DNA of 64,000 bases from positions 56,234,001-56,298,000 of the forward strand of contig OX597826.1 in the NCBI GenBank assembly GCA_951406725.2, given 5' to 3'. A program made the translations under genes and the position numbers. Numbering within the stretch: position 1 is the stretch's first letter; the number at the start of each line of letters is the position of its first letter. The DNA comes from Octopus vulgaris. Its lineage: Eukaryota. The notes under the pieces are model-generated. The model saw only the letters and a program-made list of their open reading frames with translations. It ran no database searches and was not told where the DNA came from. Below are positions 1 through 14,332 of the stretch, one piece after another.

Positions 1-1053
1 AGCGACTTCCATGTGAATAGCTTCCTTCAAATCGTCCAATCTACGAGGCTTATGCGCATACACAATTGCCTTGGGGTTTCCTCACAAGAAATAATCACAC
101 ATGGACAAATCAAGGGAACGAGAGGGCCAAGGAACGTCAGCAAACCTGGAAATGAGGCGGTTACCGAAGAGAGAGAGCGAAAACGTCCATTGATGCTTTG
201 GTTGTGTGGGCCGTCGCCCCATCCTGCTAAAACCACACACGCCGAACAGGCACACGTTTTCGTAGTATTTCAGGCACAAGGTTTTTTATCATTTCGATGT
301 AAGGCTCAGTCCACAATAACAGCATTTCCATTGTTGTCTTCAAAAAGGCAAGGACCAATGACGGCTGTTTTTTTCCAACAGCACACCAGACCGTCACTTA
401 TGGGCTATGCTGCGGTTTTTGGTGCAGTTCTCTCGGATTTTCATGAGCCCAATAACGACAGTTCGGTTGATTCACCATGTCATTGAGATGAAAATGAGCT
501 TCATCACTCATTAACAAAATGAGGTTGTCATTTGCCTTAAAAATTGCTTCCCTCTGATGTGAAAAGTAAAGCCGCCGTGCATAGTCCCATGGTTTCAAAT
601 GTTGTCCAATGACCAATTTGTACAGGTGCAAATGAAAGACTTCACGCCTTACGAATCGATTACCGTTGTCAAGTTGAGTGGAATGCCTCCGAATAGAGCG
701 ATTCGAACTCCGTATCAAAGCTTGTCTGACGCGTTCCACATTTTCCGGGGTCCGTACTATTCGTGGCGCCCTCACCTGTTCATTAGTGTAACTCGTATAT
801 GAAGTACATTCCCGCAACGCAAGATTGTGTTACGGGTGGGAACAGCTTGATTTCGGTGAATGTTGAAGTGACACCGAAACTCACTCTGAACTGCTGTGAC
901 AGACTCGTTATTCTTCACGTAACTATCGCAGGCAAACACGCGATGCTCTATCGTCCATCTGTAAAAAATTCTAAGACACCATGGACCGAACAGTACCTGA
1001 TGGACATATGTCCCTGCCCCTTCAAAAACGTCCATCCTCTCTGTCCCACCCTG
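1..1053 (-). mobile_element. Decayed Tc1/mariner transposon (DD41D/rosa-like), running off the window start
   Basis: Frameshifted minus-strand pieces: WTIEHRVFACDSYVKNNESVTAVQSEFRCHF (N-terminal HTH), VRTPENVERVR, MSDEAHFHL..VNQPNCRYW, WF*QDGATAH, WPSRSLDLSMCDYFL. About 41 residues separate the 2nd and 3rd D, across a frameshift. The terminus reads TA-CAGGGTG on the minus strand (TA at 1054-1055). Confidence 0.85.
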
Positions 1054-1056
1054 TAT

Positions 1057-1240
1057 AACTGGCAGAATCATCAGCACGCCGGGAATTTCTCCCGTCTTTG
1101 CGTTCCGAGTTCAACTTCTCCTGAGGTCAACTTTGTTTTTCATCCTTTCGGGGTCCATAAAATAAGTACCAATCGGCCATTTTGGTCGATGTAATCGACT
1201 CACCCGAAACTTCTGGCCTTATGCGAAAATTTGAAAACAA
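1057..1240 (+). mobile_element. SINE family B, degraded copy
   Basis: ctggcagaatc..agcacgccggg..gagttcaa..gaggtcaactttg..catcctttcggggtc..aagtacc matches the intact copy at 57379-57611. Confidence 0.8.
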
Positions 1241-1263
1241 TATCTGCCTATGCATATTCAGAG

Positions 1264-1570
1264 ATTTGTTTGTTCCTTCATGAGCCATGCCTGGCTCATA
1301 AGGGCCGGTTTCCCGGTTTCCTTGGCGTATAGGTTCCCCACCTGGACGGGACGCCGGTCCGTCGCAGGTGAGCTTCAAGAGGCAAGAGAAAAGAGTGAGA
1401 GAAAGTTGTAGCGAAAGAGTCAGCAGAAGTTCGCCATTACCTTCTGCCGGAGTTGCGTGGAGCTTAGGCGTTTCACTCATGAACACACACATCGCCTGGT
1501 CTGAGATTCGAACCCGCGATCCCTCGACCGCGAGGCCGCTGCTCTAACCAAAAGGCCATGTGCCTCCACA
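1264..1570 (-). mobile_element. tRNA-derived SINE family C
   Basis: Minus strand has an A-box-like tggcc..ggttagagc and a B-box ggttcgaatc. Body is nearly the same as 8027-8324 and the 3' end is gaaggaacaaacaaa. Confidence 0.85.
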
Positions 1571-1583
1571 TATGCATATATGC

Positions 1584-1633
<50 letters not shown>

Positions 1634-2043
1634 GCGTGTATATGTGAATGTATGTATGTATGCGTATATGGGTGCATATTTGCATATATGCATTATGTAT
1701 GTATGTATGTATAGGACGTTTCGCATTATATTGTCAAAGTTTCAGCAAAATTATTGATTATTTTAACAACCAACAGTTGGAAAAAAATATTTGTTTAATT
1801 AATTAGACAAAGAGTAAATACAACAGCGACACCCTTACCGACACCATTATCATCATCATCATCATGGTCATAATCAGCAGCAGCCGCAGTAGGAGCATGG
1901 CCTTCATCACCACCACCACCACCACCACCATCATTATCATCGCCGTCATCAACATGATCTTTATCATCACGGTGATCATTACCAACTATTCCATATGACG
2001 TTCTCTGTTTTGTCGATCGATTCGCTAAAAATAATAGCCAATA

Positions 2044-2189
2044 GGCGCAGTCATGGCTGTGCGGTAAGAAGCTTGCTTCCTAAGCACATGGTTCTGGGTT
2101 CAGTCCCACTGCGTGGCACCTTGGGTAAGTGTCTTCTACTATAGCTTCGAGCCAACCAAGGCCTTGTGAGTGGATTTGGTAGACGGAAA

Positions 2190-2190
<1 letters not shown>
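2044..2190 (+). mobile_element. SINE family A, 5' half
   Basis: ggcgcag..tggctgtgcggtaag..gggttcagtcccactgcgtggcaccttggg..gtagacggaaac, followed by (ATC)n. Confidence 0.85.
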
Positions 2191-2224
<34 letters not shown>

Positions 2225-2580
2225 CTGTCATCGTCGTCATCATCATCATCTTCGTCGCTATCATCGTCATCTTCGTCATTATTGTCGTCTTCGTCGTTGT
2301 CGTCGTCATCTTTGTCCCTATCGTCTTCATCGTCATCGTCACAATCATCATCATCAACAACAGCAACATCGTCATCACCACAGACACTAGTAGCAGCGAC
2401 GATAAAAACATCATCGCCCGCAACCCATCACACAACCATGACCACCACTAACCAAAAGAACGACATCCACACGAGCTGACATGGAAAACCCTATGTGGTC
2501 GACCGACATGCAAGAAATAACATTCAGATTCTCTTCGGCCACACACCTACATTCTTAAAATGGTAGATCGATGCACTGAA

Positions 2581-3263
2581 TGTTAGTGTTCTAGGCAAAC
2601 CCTTAAAAACATAGGATGGCCAAGGCTGGACTGTCTGACACTATCCTTGCTCAATCAGGGTTGGCCTGGGGTTAAAGACACAGCAATGACAACACCTGAA
2701 CCTTCATGGGGGCAAATGTTAGTGTTCTAGGCAAACCCTTAAAAACATAGGATGGCCAAGGCTGGACTGTCTGACACTATCCTTACTCAATCAGGGGTTG
2801 GCCTGGGGTTAAAGACACAGCAATGTGACAACACCTGAACCTTCATGGGGGCAAATGTTAGTGTTCTAGGCAAACCCTTAAAAACATAGGATGGCCAAGG
2901 CTGGACTGTCTGACACTATCCTTGCTCAATCGGGGTTGGCCTGGAGTTAAAGACACAGCAGTGACAACACCTGAACCTTCATGGGGGCAAATGTTAGTGT
3001 TCTAGGCAAACCCTTAAAAACATAGGATGGCCACGGCCGGACTGTCTGACACTATCCTTGCTCAATCGGGGTTCGCCTGGGGTAAAAGACACAGCAGTGA
3101 CAACACCTGAACCTTCGTGGGGGCAAATGTTAGTGTTCTAGGCAAACCCTTAAAAACATAGGATGGCCACGGCTGGACTGTCTGACACTATCCTTGCTCA
3201 ATCGGGGTTCGTCCTGGGGTTAAAGACACAGCAGTGACAACACCTGCATCTTCATGGGGGCAA
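2581..3263. repeat. Tandem array of 5 x ~137-bp units
   Basis: Unit tgttagtgttctaggcaaaccc...cttcatgggggcaa starts at 2581, 2717, 2856, 2992 and 3128. Confidence 0.95.
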
Positions 3264-3359
3264 CCACTATTAACGAAAGAATGTCGACTTCAGCGTCACA
3301 CCATTCAGGGCCACCTTCGCTAAGTACAACTACTCGCAAGAGCGAGAACAACAACAACA

Positions 3360-3398
<39 letters not shown>

Positions 3399-3402
3399 GC
3401 TG

Positions 3403-3456
<54 letters not shown>

Positions 3457-3519
3457 ACATTGCAAATCAACAATTTCACCACATTTAAAAGCAAACTACC
3501 TGGTAAAATTTTTCAGACA

Positions 3520-5100
3520 TGTTTCACTCTCTCTTTCCCGCTTTTTCCCTCTTCCCCCCTCTCTCCCGCAGTCTATCTCTGTCTGTCTGTCTCTCTCTCT
3601 GTCTCTCTCTTTCTCTCTCATTCTTTCCTGCTCACTCTCTACTTTCTCTCTTTCTCTTTCTCCCTCATTCTCTATAGTATGAATGTAAGTACCTGGTAGA
3701 ATTTATCAAGCGTCTTTCTCTCTTCCTATTCTCTCTCTTTCTCTCTTCTTATTTCTCCTTTTTCCTATTTCTCTCACTTTCTCTGTCTCTGTCTTTCTCT
3801 TTCCCTCTCCTTCCCTGTCTCTCTTCCCTTTCTCTCTCTCTCTTTCTCTCGTCTTTCTCTCAATCTTTCTCTTTCTCTCTTTCATTCAAATATAAGGCAA
3901 GCTTTAATACACATTTCTCTCTCTCTCTCTTCCTATTCTCCCTCTTTATCTCTTCTTATTTCACTCTCTTCCTATTTCTCTCTCTTTCTTTCATCTTTCT
4001 TTCTCACTCTCTTTCTGTCTCTCTCTTTCTCTTTCTCTCTTTCTCTTTCTCTCTTCCTCTATCTTTCTCTTTCTCTCTTTTTCTTTCCCTCTTTCTCTTT
4101 CTCTCTTTCGTTCAAATATAAGGCAAGCTTTAATACACATATCTTTCACTCTTTCTCTCTCTCTCTTTTTCTCTCTCTCTCTTTTTCTCTCTCTCTCTCT
4201 CACTACAAGTACTCTAAAAGTACTTTACCAAATGTCTCTCTTTCACTCTATCACTCTATCTTTCATCTCTTCTCTTTCTCTCCTTCTTCCAAACTCTTCC
4301 TAATATGATTTTACCGCCATTACATGGTAACATTTTCTAACGAAGCCTCTCTTATACTCTCTGTGTATTTCTGTCTATCGGTCTCTCTCTTTCTCTTTCT
4401 CTCGGTCTCTTTTTCTCTCTCTCCCTCCGTCCCTCTGCATGCGTGGATGCATGTGTGCGTGCAGTATGTGTTTATAGAAGTGCATTGGAAAATTCACGAA
4501 ACGTCTCTCCCTGCAGCATGTGACAAGCTTTAAAACACTCTCACTCTCTCTCCCTCTCCCTCTCTCTCTCCCTCTCCCTCTCTCTCTCCCTCTTCCTCTC
4601 CCCCTCTTTTACATTCTCCCTTCCACTCTCTCCCCCGCTCACTTTCCTCCTCGTTTACATTCTCCCTTCCACCCTCTCTCCCTCTGTCTCTCTCTTGCTA
4701 CCTCAGTCTTTCTTCAACTCTCCTTCTCTCTCACCCACACTTTCTCATTCTCTCTCCTACTCTCCTTTCATTCTCTCCTTCTCTCTCTCTTTTCCTCCTT
4801 TCACTTTCTCAATCCCCTACTCTCTCTCTCTCTCTCTCTCTCTCTTTCACGCACACACACACTCTCCCACTCTCTTTCCCTCTCTCCATCTATCTCTATC
4901 TCTTTCCTCTTCTTTCACTCCCTTCCCCTCACTTTCTCCTTCCGTCAGTTCACTCTCTGCCTGCCTAACTGTCTATCTGTCCCTCACTCTCTCTCCTTCT
5001 CTCTCTCTCTCCTTCTCTCTCTCTCTCCTTCTCTCTCTCTCCTCTCTCACTACCTCTCCTCTCTCTATCTTTCCTCTCCCTATCTCTCCTCTCTCTCTCT
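3520..5100. repeat. CT-rich polypyrimidine low-complexity tract
   Basis: Degenerate (CT)n/(CTT)n over ~1.6 kb. Confidence 0.9.
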
Positions 5101-5569
5101 AGTAACAGGCTACCGCTAAAACTATTCGGGAACGAAAAATCAATATTCTGTGACTTATTCAATAATGGCAGATATAAAATTTTAATGCTGCCATTTTGGA
5201 AGAAATGCAAGAATTTATTTATTTATATATTTATTAATTGCTGTTGTTGTTGTTGCTGTTGTTATTGTCTTTCTGTTAGTATAGTAGTATGGTCTTGTTT
5301 TCTCGTTCTCAATTGTTACTTTTTTCTTCCATTTTGTTTGCGTGTACGCGGTTGTTGTTGGTGGTGGTGACGGTGTAGTTGTGGCTGTTATTGTCGTCGT
5401 CGTCGTCATCTTTCTTGTTGTTGTTGTTGTTGTTGCTGCTGCTGTTGTTGTTTGCAAAAGTCAACTAAAACAGCAACAGGAAAAAGCGGTTTTAATGCAA
5501 TTTTCTGAAATTTTTCATTTCCGTTTAAAATTGTCTTTTACTTTGGACCAACGAAAAACTATGGATGCA

Positions 5570-6610
<1,041 letters not shown>

Positions 6611-6729
6611 TAGTAAGGGTGATTCAGTAAAAGAATGGTATTTAGAGATCACAAGACTGTGATGTTTAGAGAAAACTATTCTTGAATTTTAGAGAGGAAA
6701 ACAGTTATTTAAACATATTAAACATGGTA

Positions 6730-6790
6730 AACACACACACATTCATCCATATATATATATACATACACATATATATACATACATACATAC

Positions 6791-6888
<98 letters not shown>

Positions 6889-7050
6889 TATATACACATA
6901 TATATATACACATATATATATACACATATATGTATATATATATATATACATATATATATACACATATATATACACACATATATATACACACATATATATA
7001 TACACATATATATAAATGTATGTATGTATGTATGTATGTATATATATATA
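6730..7050. repeat. (TA)n/(CA)n compound microsatellite
   Basis: Direct inspection. Confidence 0.95.
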
Positions 7051-7544
7051 ATCATCTTCATCGTCGTCGATTTTACTATGCTTCTTTTTTTCTCATACGG
7101 TCAGGGGATTAGACGAATCTTTATTGGGGTACATTTTTCTACGGCCCAATTATATTCCTGTCACTAACCCTTTTATTGCTTTTCAAGTAAGGCTGTTTTT
7201 GTTTTGTTTGACTTGGTTTGATTTGGTTTGGTTTAGTTTGGTAATTCAACCGTTCGTCAAACGACCGCCGATCTTTGGACCGTTTTGTTCACTGGAGAAA
7301 GTAAAATAATGTCATTGCGACAGGCAGTGTTACAACGACACGTTAAAATGACATTTATGAACACACACTCTTTCTTTCTCTCTCTCTCTTTTTCTCTCTT
7401 TCACACACACATATACATTACTTAGGAACTAGTTTAGCTCAGCCGTGCCGAGAATAAGCAGACTTTACAATCAAAATCATTCCAGCCACAATCATTCATT
7501 ATCTACGATTACATTATGCGATGTATCCAACACCCTAAAAATTA

Positions 7545-7690
7545 GGTAGCCTAGTGGTTAGTGTGTTGGGCTCACGACCATAAAGTCGTGGGTTCGACGC
7601 CTAGTCCGGGCGGTGGGCTGTCTTGAAGCAAGACAGTTCATTTCGTGTTGTCCAGTCAACTCTGCAATAAGATGAGTAACATGCAGTAAT
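7545..7690 (+). mobile_element. tRNA-derived SINE family D, 5' part
   Basis: gcctagtggttag (A box), gggttcgacgcc (B box), then ttgaagcaagacagttcatttc as in 9763 and 19150. Confidence 0.7.
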
Positions 7691-7904
7691 TATAGCTGCA
7701 ACATTCTCTCTCCAACAAGCTATCGTATCGTCGATGTCAAGGTGTGGTGTCTAAGGGAATTTCTATGTCTGCTGGTGATTAACATAGGCACCTAAAAACA
7801 ATTAGCGAACGCATGGTACATGCTATCAGGCCCTACTCGCTTGCTAGTGACGGCTCTTGATTTCTTAGTCTCACTTTTTATTAAAGAAGGATTTGCCCGC
7901 GTTA

Positions 7905-8448
7905 CTCCGTAAGGAGCATAAGGCCGGTGTCCTGGTCGCTCTGGGGTTTATAACCCTTCCTGGATGGGTCACCAGTCCGTCGCAGGATTACGCATTTTTA
8001 CCAGCTGAGTGGACTGGAGCAACGCGGAGGCACATGGCCTAGTGGTTAGAGCAGCGGACTCGCGGTCGAAGGATCGCGGGTTCGAATCTCAGATCGGGCG
8101 ATGTGTGTGTTTATGAGTGAAACACCTAAGCTCCACGCGGCTCCGACAGAAGGAAATGATGAACTTCTGCTGACTCTTTCGCCACAAATTTCTCTCACTC
8201 TTTCTTCCTGCATCTTGCAGCTTACCTGCGACGGACCGGCGTTCCTCCAGGTAGGGAACCTATACGCCAGGGAAACCAGGAAACCGGCCCTATGAGCCAG
8301 GTATGGCTTGAGAAGGAACAAACAACTGGAGCAACGCGAAATTACATGTTTTTCTCAAGAATACAATGCGCTACCCGGTCCAGGAACCGAAACCACAATC
8401 TTACGATCATGAGTTCAACACCCTAACCACTAATCGATACGCTTCCAC
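7905..8448 (-). mobile_element. SINE family D interrupted by a family C SINE
   Basis: Head at 8340-8448 and tail at 7905-8020 on the minus strand, split at actggagcaacgcg. Confidence 0.75.
8027..8324 (+). mobile_element. Full-length SINE family C with 14-bp TSD
   Basis: tggcctagtggttagagc / gggttcgaatc Pol III boxes. TSD actggagcaacgcg at 8013-8026 and 8325-8338. Confidence 0.92.
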
Positions 8449-9762
8449 TTACAAAGAATAAGTCCTGGAGTCGATTTGCTCGACTAAAGGCGGTGCTCCA
8501 GCATGGCCGCAGTCAAATGACTGAAACAAATAAAAGAGAGTAAAAGAGAATAAACTGGTTAACTGCACAATACACAAAATATTTTAACAACTAATATTTT
8601 TTATAGAATTCCTTATAAAATTTAATCATTAAAATATAATAGGTTTTCGATATCGAATGGCTATGAAGGTTTCCTTACTTCACCCTGAATAAAATAAAAA
8701 TCAAAAGGGTTCATAGATAAAAAAAAATATTTGAGAACCACATACGTAATCGATTAATCCTTTCCTATAAAAATTTTGCCGTCTGCCTAAATTGGACACA
8801 AATATTTGACCTTAATCGGCCCTCGAGTAGGCTTGAGTAAAACGATGACCTAGCTCTGAGCAACCCTTGTTTACGTTACATACAGTGTTATATCTGAGAC
8901 TACGTCTATAATCACCCTCGATCTAATCAATTAGTTTCTGTTTGATCTAATCAATTGGTTTCTCATATGGTGATTTGATGCTTAATTTAAAAACCAATCA
9001 GTGAACAGGGGTATTGGAAGTGATCCTTGTAGTTGGGGTTCAGTTTGAACAGCTGTAGAGGTACAGTTGTTCCTCTACACTGTCATTTGGACTTCTGAGA
9101 AATGGCAGCCAAATCTCCTTCAAAATAAATTTAACACTCTTTAAAAAGAACTGAAATCCGCGGGAAACCTAAAAAAAATGGAGAATGGTTACAGTTGGAA
9201 TGTCGTTGCCTTAATCCTTAGATCTGGACGATGTGTACTGACCAGGGGTTAAGCAACAACAACAACAACAACCTGTAGGAGAAAAAAAATGTTTAACAGA
9301 GAGAGAAAGAAAGTTCTCGATTGCTGTACTTCTGAAGATAAAGGGTTAGGTTTTAATGTCTTAGATAAAAATCATTAAAAAGCAGCAATTCCGCCATTCC
9401 AAATATCGAATATTTAATAGCAAGAATGGGTTGGCGGGAGTTGGTGAGGAGAACGGATTTGTATTTTCACTGTTTGAAATTACAAATTGATAAAAATGGA
9501 GATGGTTTCATGGATCGAGAAAAGAAAAAAATGTAAATTAAAAGAAATAAAGTTTAAAAAATAACTTCAAAATTACAATTGTAATTTATTTATCGATCAG
9601 AACGAAATTTCAATATCATTTTCCATTGTAAATTATGTCTAAATTAAGATAGATGATTCACTATTGGTTTTTTTTTCTTTCCCTTTTTTTTGTTTTTTTT
9701 TATATTGTAAGACTAAATTTTTCAGATATAGGGAAATTTGTATATAGCTTTGTAAGTGTCGT

Positions 9763-9992
9763 GAAGGCTCGTGGCCTGGTGGTTACGGATGTTGCAATGA
9801 CAATAGTAAGATCCTGGTTTCGATTCCTGGATTGGAGAGGAATGTTGTGTTCTTGAGCAAAATACTTCCTTTGATGTTGTTGCAGTCCACTCAGCTGCAT
9901 GAGTAAACCTACGACGAACAGACATCCCATTCATCGGGGAAAATTCTGATCTCGGTCATTTGTACGCCGTAGAAACCGGGAAACAAACCCAT
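9763..9992 (+). mobile_element. SINE family D, degraded
   Basis: gtggcctggtggtta..ggtttcgattcctgg..tcttgagcaaa..cagtccactcagctg..gaaaccgggaaac. Confidence 0.75.
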
Positions 9993-10329
9993 TCAAGACA
10001 GGTTCATTCATTTATTTGGACATGTTGTAGTTTCTGGCTTTAAGGCTAAGAAATAAAGAACAGTATATTAAGTCTATGTAGCTCTTGGTTAGTGTTTTAA
10101 GGTGTATAAATTTTGCAGCCCCTTGAAACATACATTCGTGCAAACATGGTTTCTTACAAGCTTATATATATATATATATATATATGTTTTTGTGTGTGTG
10201 TGTGTGTGTGTGTCTGCATCAATGTGTGTGTGTTTGTGTGTCTGTGTGATGGGCATGTAATCTCTTCTCAAAGTTACGGCTTTCCAATGTTACTGTCTGC
10301 TTCAGGCCTTCTGATTGCACGGTATGATG

Positions 10330-10402
<73 letters not shown>

Positions 10403-10405
<3 letters not shown>

Positions 10406-12707
10406 AAATAATTGTTTATAGTGCTCAGGTGCACTACAACTCATCAAAGGTGCATGTACAGTACATATAATTAAGTGCAAAAGTCAGGAAAGTGAACAGT
10501 GTGTGAGTCATGATATACATGTCTGCATGCGTATGAAGCGGGGTGTAGTATCAGGTGCAGTGCTGGCGAACTTCAAGAAGCATGGAGGTTCTAAAGTATG
10601 CAATGTCTTGGTAACTAACAACTGGTGCAGGTAGTCTGTTCCATACTTCAGCAATTCTGAGTGTGGAAAAAATGATTCCGAAAGTCATAGGGGCTGTGCT
10701 GTTTTCTGATTTTGTAGGCGTGCCCACGTGTTAGACAAATGGATCTCAAAAAGGTGCTCTAGGTGGTTGTTGGCACAATGGTTAATAATTTTGTGGGTGT
10801 TTACCAAGTCAGTTGTCAGACGTCGGAGCTTCTGTGTATCTATGCCCAGGGAGGCAAAACGTTCAGATTATGGTAGATGCCTGATGGAGGGTATTCGCTG
10901 GTTGCCCATCTCCGAACAGTTTCCAGGAGGTCAATGTCCTGAGCAAGATAGGGGTTCCAGACTGGTGATGCATATTCCAAGTGTGGCCACACCATAGCCA
11001 TATACAGCCTTAAATAAATAGCTGGAGAGAGGCTGACAATTATCTTGCTGAGTGATGCCAAGATACCCTCGGCCTTCTTGACAATTTTAGAGATTTGTTT
11101 TGTCCAAATCGTTGCTAACAGTAATGCCCAGGTCACATTCACAAAAAGACTTCTTGATATTAGTGTTGTAGAGAGAGTATGTGGGCACTGGGTTTTCCCT
11201 ACCAAAATGCATGGTGGTACACTTGTCCACAGCCAGCTTGAGTTGCCAGTCCGTGATCCCTTTTTGCATTGTGCCCAAGTCCGATTGCAGAAATGATCTA
11301 TAGTGTTCAGGACCTGTTCTTTTTAGCGCAAGACACAGCTTGATGTCATCTGCATATTTCAGTACTGTAACATTCTTTAAGTTGGCATTTATGTCATTAA
11401 TGTATGCAACAAGCAAAAAGGGGCTAAGAACAGATCCCTGCAGTACACCAGATGACATCTCATAGGGTGAAGAATGCTGTCCTCTTTTCGGCTGAGAATG
11501 AAGAACTCCAACCAGTTAAAAAGATCACATTTCACACCCATTGCAGTGAGTTTTGCCATAAGCCTTTTGCGTGGCACAGAATTAAAAGCCCACGAGCCGC
11601 ATGATGTCTCCAGCAGATGGAGTTAGGGACAAATCCAAATTGCGAGGGCCGAATAAGGCTGTGAGAATTCCAGAAGTCCCAGAGAGTTTGTCTGACACAG
11701 GATTCCATCAGTTTGGCAATGCAGCTAGAAAGACTGACTGGACAATAGTTGACAGTCAGAGTGTCGTCAACCTTTTTGAGCAGAGGAATGAAACCGGCAG
11801 TTTTCTACTGCTCCAGAGTAGCACCGTTGTTAAGACAGAACTGAAAGAAGAGTGAAAACTGGTACAGAAGGAAGTACCCTCCACGTTTGAGAAGCAGGTA
11901 CGTAACACCATCTGTTTCTTTATTACCCACAAGGGGCTAAACACAGAGGAGACAAACAAGGACAGACAAACGGATTAAGTCGATTACATCGACCCCAGTG
12001 CGTAACTGGTACTTAATTTATCGACCCCGAAAGGATGAAAGGCAATGTCGACCTCGGCGGAATTTGAACTCAGAACGTAACGGCAGATGAAATACGGCTA
12101 CGCATTTCGCCTGGCGTGCTAACGATTCTGGCAGCTCGCCGCCTTCAAGAACACCATCAAGAACCAGAGAGGCATAGCTGCGTTTATTTTTAAGGTGATG
12201 TTGCATCATTGCAGATGTAAATTCCTTAGTTGTTATAGAATTTTGTGTCAGAGGTGGTGGAGGTAGTATGTTTTTGGTTTTTGACAGTAAAAATGCCTGC
12301 ATAGCATTCGGCAATGAGTTCTTCGCATTCTTTGGGATCGTCAGTAATCTGGCTTGTGTGAGGATTGCGAAGAGGACCAACTGGAAAATGAGGTCTCTGC
12401 TTTGAAGGTAATATTTCCAGAATACCTTACTATCAGGGTCGGCTGCTATGCGTTGCTCAAATTCATGCACTGCTTTTTTTGTCACCTGCTTGAGATGGTT
12501 GGATGATTAATGCGCGTTTTCCTGCTTATATCTGATTTCTACAGTTTGTATTCCCGTTCAGCATTACGACGTTCTTTCATGGCAAGTCTGACTGCTGCAG
12601 TCTCCCAAATTGCACCTTTGGGATGTTTTTTGTGCTTACGTGGTACTGATACAGCACATACTGTCCATAGTGAGTTCAGGGTGTTCTGAAGTATAGTGTT
12701 CATATCT

Positions 12708-12710
<3 letters not shown>
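10403..12710 (-). mobile_element. Decayed CR1/L2-group LINE, 3' part of ORF2 (reverse transcriptase)
   Basis: Motifs SQFGF, AFNSVPRKRL, SSGVLQGSVLSPFL, KYADDIKL, DLGI and VWPHLEYASPVWNPY in shifted frames. The 3' end abuts (TTA)n on the element strand. Confidence 0.9.
11913..12146 (-). mobile_element. Full-length SINE family B nested in the CR1 LINE
   Basis: Reverse complement of 57379-57611. aacaccatc is repeated at 11904-11912 and 12150-12158 (probable TSD). Confidence 0.9.
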
Positions 12711-12759
<49 letters not shown>

Positions 12760-12846
12760 GAATGAGGGTAGAAATTGATATTAATTAATTAAAAACAGTG
12801 GCTTAGCATATTAAAGAAATCCGAAGATTAAAATATTTTTACATAC

Positions 12847-13088
12847 AAAATTTAAAGGACTGACCACTAAAAGTGGACGGTCAATATGCTAGATATAGAC
12901 GTCAAAATCGCTATTTTCCACGAAGAATGTGTTCTTAAGTAAAAATTCAGCACAAAACCAAAGTGTAAAAACTTTGGTTTTGTGCTGAGTTTTTACTTGA
13001 GAACACATTCTTCGTGGAAAATAACGATTTTGACGTCTATATCTAGCATATTGACCGTCCACTTTTAGTGATCAGTCCTTTAAATTTT
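12847..13088. repeat. Long inverted repeat, 118-bp arms with 6-nt loop, between two (TA)n tracts
   Basis: 12847-12964 is the reverse complement of 12971-13088 with ~4 mismatches. The loop is gtaaaa. Confidence 0.95.
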
Positions 13089-13118
13089 ATATATATATAT
13101 AAATATATAATATATATA

Positions 13119-13200
<82 letters not shown>

Positions 13201-13993
13201 CCTGTATGTATGAACGTATGCATGTTCGTAAAGATACAGTTGGCTGTACTTAAATGAACACAGCCATTGCTGAACGTCTTGGTCCAGTTGTACCGTACAG
13301 AGTATAGCACAGGAGAAAAGATACGAACCAACAACCTTTCGGTTAGTTGTGCTACACTTTATTGATTCGCCAATAACATCTCCCGGCACCATTACAACCA
13401 TCACCACCGCCATAACAACCCTCACCATCACTACCCATAGCAACGACAAGACAACCAACGCCATCAGCACCATTAACGCCAACACCCAACACCACCATTA
13501 ACGCCCCGACTAATTTACAACATCTGTTGAAAACACCATGAACGCCATACGGTTTTCAACACCTTCCATACCTCTATCACCACCTCAAAAAGGGGCTAGA
13601 CACTATCCCTAAAAAACAAATATAGCAACCTTATATATAGTTAACCCCATCATTTTCTCACCAAGGAACAAATAAAAAACATTCTTAGGGGCTGCAACAG
13701 CACATACCCGTATGTGTCTAGAATACAATATGTGTGTCTAGAACACACAATATCTACACATATATTTACAGCCCTACCCTATACGTACTTCCCATATGTC
13801 CAAAACATCCCATACATATATCCTACACATGTTTTTAACACTCAATAAATTAAATCTAATTACTTTTAGGAAATCACGAAACAACTCTTTTTCTTTCTCT
13901 ATTTATCAACTACACATGTAGGTATATTGTGTAAATAGGAGCGTACGCACATAGGCGTGCGTGGAAGTATGTATAAATATATACATACATACT

Positions 13994-14027
<34 letters not shown>

Positions 14028-14038
14028 TACATACATAC

Positions 14039-14100
<62 letters not shown>

Positions 14101-14167
14101 ATATATATATATATAAACATACGCGCCACACACAGACATACACACATAAGCGTATACATATGTATAT

Positions 14168-14332
14168 ACCGCGGGCTTGTTTCAGTTTCCGTCTACCAAA
14201 TCCACTCACAAGGGTTTGGTTGGCCCAATGCTATAGTAGAAGACACTGGTCCAAGGCTGTCATGCAGTGGGATTGAACTCAGAACAATGTGGTTGAGAAG
14301 CAAGCTTCTTACCACACACCCACGTCTGCGCC
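14168..14332 (-). mobile_element. SINE family A, 5' half
   Basis: ttcagtttccgtctaccaaatccactcacaagg...cttaccacac. Confidence 0.8.

Noticed and set aside
2581-3263. CRISPR array, or hammerhead at the unit junction (aacac CTGAA ccttcatgggg gcaaa tgtta gtgtt)
   Set aside because: No unique spacers. The core lacks the GA of CUGANGA and GAAA, and the flanking pairing arises only from the duplication junction.
8027-8100. tRNA genes (also 19150, 1495-1570 and 63915-63986)
   Set aside because: tRNA-like heads continue into SINE bodies with TSDs, without a clean acceptor stem or terminator.
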